From: Octopus sinensis
Lineage: Eukaryota
Direction: 5' to 3'
Assembly: GCF_006345805.1 (NCBI RefSeq)
Contig: NC_043012.1
Location: 22,010,001 to 22,074,000 of the forward strand
Length of the DNA: 64,000 nt
In this document: piece after piece, positions 59,810 to 64,000 of the stretch
Numbering within the stretch: the first letter of the stretch is position 1
Layout of the letters: every line of letters begins with the position of its first letter
Made by a program: the position numbers and the translations under genes
Notes under the pieces: generated by a model
What the model was told of the DNA's origin: nothing
What the model saw: the letters and a program-made list of their open reading frames with translations, nothing else
Databases searched by the model: none

Positions 59810-60426
59810 TTGTGTCTGTTATGTTGCTTGTGTGTTTAGCACATGGACCGAGAGTAAGCCGAATGGTAAGAGTGGTGGTGTGAGTGGGTGGCGGTGGCAG
59901 TGGCGAAAGGTGTTTGTGTAACCTTGGAGAAAGGGACATGCTGCCAGCACTCAGGGACAATAGTTTTGGCGTTAAGGAACAAATGCAGTGGGGACGGCTG
60001 GGGTGGAGGTGGGGGTGGTGGGGGTGGCGCCGCCAATGGTGCCGTTGCTGTCAGCTTTTTTTTCTCTCTTTTCGACTCCCAGTCGTCGTACTCTTTCGTT
60101 ATGTTGTTTTTTGTTGATGGTGTTTGTGTTTAGAATACAGTTATTAGAGTACAGTCTTGCGGGTGTTTAAAGTATGGTTGTTGTTCGTGTTGATGTTTAG
60201 TTGTACAGTTTTTGTCGGTAGTGATATTTAAATTATAGTTGTTGTTGTTGTTTGCGGCGGTGCTTAAGGTTCAGTTGTTGTTGGAGGTTCTTAGAGTACA
60301 ATTGTGGTTCAAGATAGTGTTTGGAGTACAGTAGTTGGTGATGTTTAGTTATTATTGTTATTGGTGGTGTTTAGAATACATTCGCGTTTAGAGTACATTT
60401 AGAGTACAGTTGTTGCTGCAGCTGTT

Positions 60427-60785
60427 GCTGTTGAGCGAAGCGGTCTTCGTCCCTAGTAGGATAAGTCCGAAACGTGGTCCTTTTGCTATTCGTAAGACCC
60501 GCAAAAGAGAAAGCAGGTCAACCCCCGACACCGAGAGCATCGACGGATGGATGAATGCGCATCCAGGCTCAGCGGTTGCGTAGGAAGTCAGAGACAAGAA
60601 AGAGGAGAGTGAAAGAAAGTTTGGGCGAAATAGTACAACAGGGGTCGCCACCACCCCCTGCTGGAGCCTCGTGGGGCTTTAGGTGTTTTCGCTCAATAAA
60701 CACACACAACGCCCGGTCTGGGAATCGAAACCGCGATCCTCCGACCGCGAGTCCAATGCCCTAACCACTGGGCCATTGCGCCTCC
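60427..60785 (-). mobile_element. SINE family 3 with tail Z
   Basis: Same head and body as the 26.0, 32.4 and 52.8 kb copies, with a distinct tail ending in CAG/CAA repeats. Near-TSD TGCTGC(A/T)GCTGTT. Confidence 0.88.
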
Positions 60786-61205
60786 TGCTGCTGCTGTTTG
60801 AAGCATAGCTGTTGGTGTTGTTGCTAGCGCAGGTGATACAGTTGATTTTGTTGTTGCTATTGTTTAACCCTTAGTCAACTCTGACCTCGTAGACGGTTCA
60901 AAGATTTGAACGTCTTTTGTGAACCAGGAACTGCTCTGTCCGATGCGTACTTCTTGTTTTAAGACAATAAGTTGTAATTCGAAAGGGATTTGGCTACTGT
61001 ATCTAACATAGAGAGGAAACTACACAAGCAGCTTCATTACATATTGATGTTGTTGTTGTTGTTATTGTTATTTCGCCACAGGTCAGGGATGATCGAAAAG
61101 ACTTCAAAACTGTCCCAGACAAGTCCATCCACCTATTACCTACATGTGAAGAACCCAAAAGCAAATTATCCAACGAACTGTGTTTTTGAGATGGTAAGGT
61201 GAAAG

Positions 61206-61236
<31 letters not shown>

Positions 61237-61262
61237 GGTTAGGGTTAGGGTATATGGTATGT

Positions 61263-61476
61263 TCATGTCACAATAAGCACCGGCCTAGCGGAGACAATTC
61301 TGCCGGGTAGGGTGGAAGGTAGAGGAAAGCAAGGCAGGCCAAAGAAAAGATGGGTTTGTAACATCAAAAAGTAGACAAATTTGAATTTCGCCGACTCACA
61401 GAAGGTGGCAGAAGACCAAAGGATGTGATCAAATCTAGTTGTGACGTCATCTGCGAATGCCCCTACGACCACGTGA
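61263..61476 (+). mobile_element. RTE-clade LINE C-terminal fragment
   Basis: HVTISTGLAETILPGRVEGRGKQGRPKKRWVCNIKK*TNL..AEDQRM*SNLV resembles TILQG.VEG.RRRGRPRKRW.DNIK.W..AEDR..W. Confidence 0.8.
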
Positions 61477-62111
61477 TCAGGACAAGAAGGTGAAATTTGA
61501 GTGAGATTTGGCCGCTATTTCTAACAGGTCGAGCGACCATGTAGAAGCTCACTCGTTAGTCTTGGCATCTTAATGGAGTTGGTAGTAGTTGTGGCAATGA
61601 TGATGATGTTGCTGTTGGTCGTACTTTTTCTTTTGTTGTCTCGCCCTGGTCAATCCTAATGAGTAAATCCATTATCGAATGCATTCCAGTCGGCCATCTC
61701 TCCTCAGTTATCTAAGTACAATGCACCACCAATGTAACCTTCTTCTCTGAAGCGGTAGATTATTTCACACTTGATTGCTGTTTCTAGCAGTTAAGACAAG
61801 CCAGTAGATGATGTTCTGTCGCTAGCACATGTTAATTAGACACAGGTCAGCCTCGATCAGGTATTGTGTTAGCCCGGACTCTATTATCCAATGTGTTTTG
61901 AAGATGGTAGGGTATGAGTTGAGAAAGATTTAACTTATTTCTAGCATTTTGAGTGATCCTGCAAGAAACTCCATCATTGGCTCGTAGTATTACTGTTGGT
62001 GATATGACTGTCAATAACATCTCGCCTCACTCCTCAAAGAAACTCGGCAACGTGGAACAAGGCTGTCTTCAGACACTATATGTTGAGTACTTCGAAATAT
62101 TTAAGTGAATT

Positions 62112-62552
62112 GTGGAGGGTTATTTTGCCTTTCATCCTTTCGAAGTCGATAAATATCAGTTGTGTACTGGGGTCGATGTGATCGACTTACCCCTTCCCCT
62201 GGAATTGCTGGCCTTGTACCAAAATTTGAAACCATTATCATTATTTCATGAAAACTCACAGCTTATTTTGTTGGATACGATGGAAAGTGTCAGCCGTCCC
62301 CATTATTTTGGTTTGGCTCAGGTTCGGTCTTATCCCTGGTATAATTTATGTGGACAGCGGGTTACTGCCTGTAACTTTGGATATCTATAAGTTTTCAGCA
62401 GTTTTAACGTTCTGAATTCAAATTTCGCTGAGGTCGACGTCGTCTTTCATCCTTTCGGGATCGGTAAATTAAGTACCAGTGAGATACTGGGGTCGATGTA
62501 ATCGACTCATCCCCTCCCCCAAAATGGTTGCCCATGTAGCAAAATTTGAAAC

Positions 62553-62612
<60 letters not shown>

Positions 62613-62811
62613 GACGGCTTACTGGCAGAATCGTTACTTAGGCATCATTTCTTTCAGCTTTACGTTCTGAGCTCAAATGTCGCTGAAATCGACGTTGTCT
62701 TTCATCCTTTCAGGGTCAATAGAATAAAGTACCAGTTCTTGACTGGAGTCGATTACATCGACTAGCCCCACATCCCCAAAATTACGGGCCTTTTACATAT
62801 AATAGAAAGGA
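62112..62811 (+). mobile_element. Three tandem Nin/Deu-type SINE copies with (ATT)n junctions
   Basis: Copies at about 62112-62232, 62340-62553 and 62611-62811. (ATT)n at 62554-62610 directly precedes the third head. Confidence 0.85.
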
Positions 62812-63303
62812 TCATTATCATTTTGCAATTGTTATTTCTTTTAGGGAGACACCCGGCTTAGAGTCACGGGTCTGTCTGTGGATTTCCGGGTTTCGGACCG
62901 GTACAAGGCCTGATGAGTTAGTGGTAGTGTTGGTTGTGGTGGTATTAGTGACGGTGGTATGTTAGTGGTGGTATAGGTACCAGTGGTAGAGTTGATATCT
63001 ATGATAATGATGATGACGCTATTGGTAGTGGTGAGGTGGTAGTGATGGTGGTGGTGGTGGTGGTAAAAGCAATAAGTGGTAGTATTGATGTTGATATTGA
63101 TAATGATGGTGGTGATGGTGGTGGCGGCGGCGGCGACGGCGGGGATAGAGATTGTGTTAATGGCTGTGCGGTTTTCATGTTATTCCGTTGATATTAGCGT
63201 TTGGGGCTGTTGGCTTTTGGTATTCCTACAAATATCGGTGCTCGTTGCAATGGTCGCCGCGTTAGTGTACGTGTGTATGTGTATACATGTGTGCGTATGT
63301 ATG

Positions 63304-63344
<41 letters not shown>

Positions 63345-63706
63345 CTTTATGAAGCTTTATGAAGCTTTATGAAAATAGACAAAAGACGAAGGCAGGTTTA
63401 CGGAAATAAACAAAAGACGAAGGCAGGCGGAATACAAACAAACAATTGTATTAGTATGGCGCTCAGGAAATATAAATAAAACAAGTCTTTAACGTTTCGA
63501 GCCTACGCTCTTCAACAGAAAGATACACAGAGAAAAAAAACACAGAAAGAAGGAGAGAAAAAAAATGCGTGCAGAGGCTAGCGAATCAACATGGCGATCT
63601 GGCGATATATATATATATATGTATATACCCTATACACGTGTACGTGTGTGTGTAAGAGAGAGAAAGTGTTGGTGAGGGTGGTGCCCTTGGTGGTATCCTA
63701 AATATA

Positions 63707-63934
63707 GGCGAGCTGGCAGAAACGTTAGCATGCCGGGCGAAATGCTTAGCGGTATTTCGTCTGCCGTTACGTTCTGAGTTCAAATTCCACCGAGGTCGAC
63801 TTTGCCTTTCATCCTTTCGGAGTCGATAAATTAAGTACCAGTTACGCACTGGGGTCGATATAATCGACTTAATCCGTTTGTCTGTCCTTGTTTGTCCTCT
63901 CTGTGTTTAGCCCCTTGTGGGTAGTAAAGAAATA
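63707..63934 (+). mobile_element. Young Nin/Deu-type SINE with tail C and a 15-bp TSD
   Basis: TSD GGTATCCTAAATATA at 63692-63706 and 63935-63949. Intact body GCCTTTCATCCTTTCGGAGTCGATAAATTAAGTACCAG. Confidence 0.93.
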
Positions 63935-64000
63935 GGTATCCTAAATATAGGAAGGTGTGGTGGTTTTGTTGGAGGTATTAGTAGTATTTGATAATGGCGA

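Noticed and set aside
61239-61250. (TTAGGG)2
   Set aside because: Only two units at the edge of a GGT repeat, which is not an interstitial telomere.

Overview
AT-rich, repeat-dense eukaryotic DNA, most likely intronic or intergenic sequence of an octopus (inferred from the tRNA-derived SINE families and microsatellite load). There is a 100-N scaffold gap at 13787-13886. No complete protein-coding gene, rRNA, genuine tRNA or CRISPR array is present, and most ORFs in the supplied track are microsatellite read-through. The window is a mosaic of decayed mobile elements: non-LTR retrotransposons (CR1, RTE, Tx1/L1, R4/Dong-type and HERO-type restriction-like-endonuclease elements, Penelope-like elements), one internally deleted Gypsy LTR element, Tc1, mariner and pogo transposase remnants, hAT and other MITEs, two non-autonomous Helitrons, and about 30 SINE copies from several head/body families. 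Most notable: (1) Penelope-associated minimal hammerhead ribozymes, two with intact cores plus a repeated non-canonical variant; (2) SINE 3' tails that match LINE-like 3' ends elsewhere in this window, with tails swapped between SINE families; (3) retroelement families each tied to one microsatellite (TATC, TATG, ATT, TAA), including a nested Tx1/Dong hub at 39-46 kb; (4) a phase-compatible three-exon candidate of an unrecognised host gene on the minus strand at 10.5-13.2 kb. All alignments were done by eye, element boundaries are approximate, and family names come from motif recognition rather than database searches.
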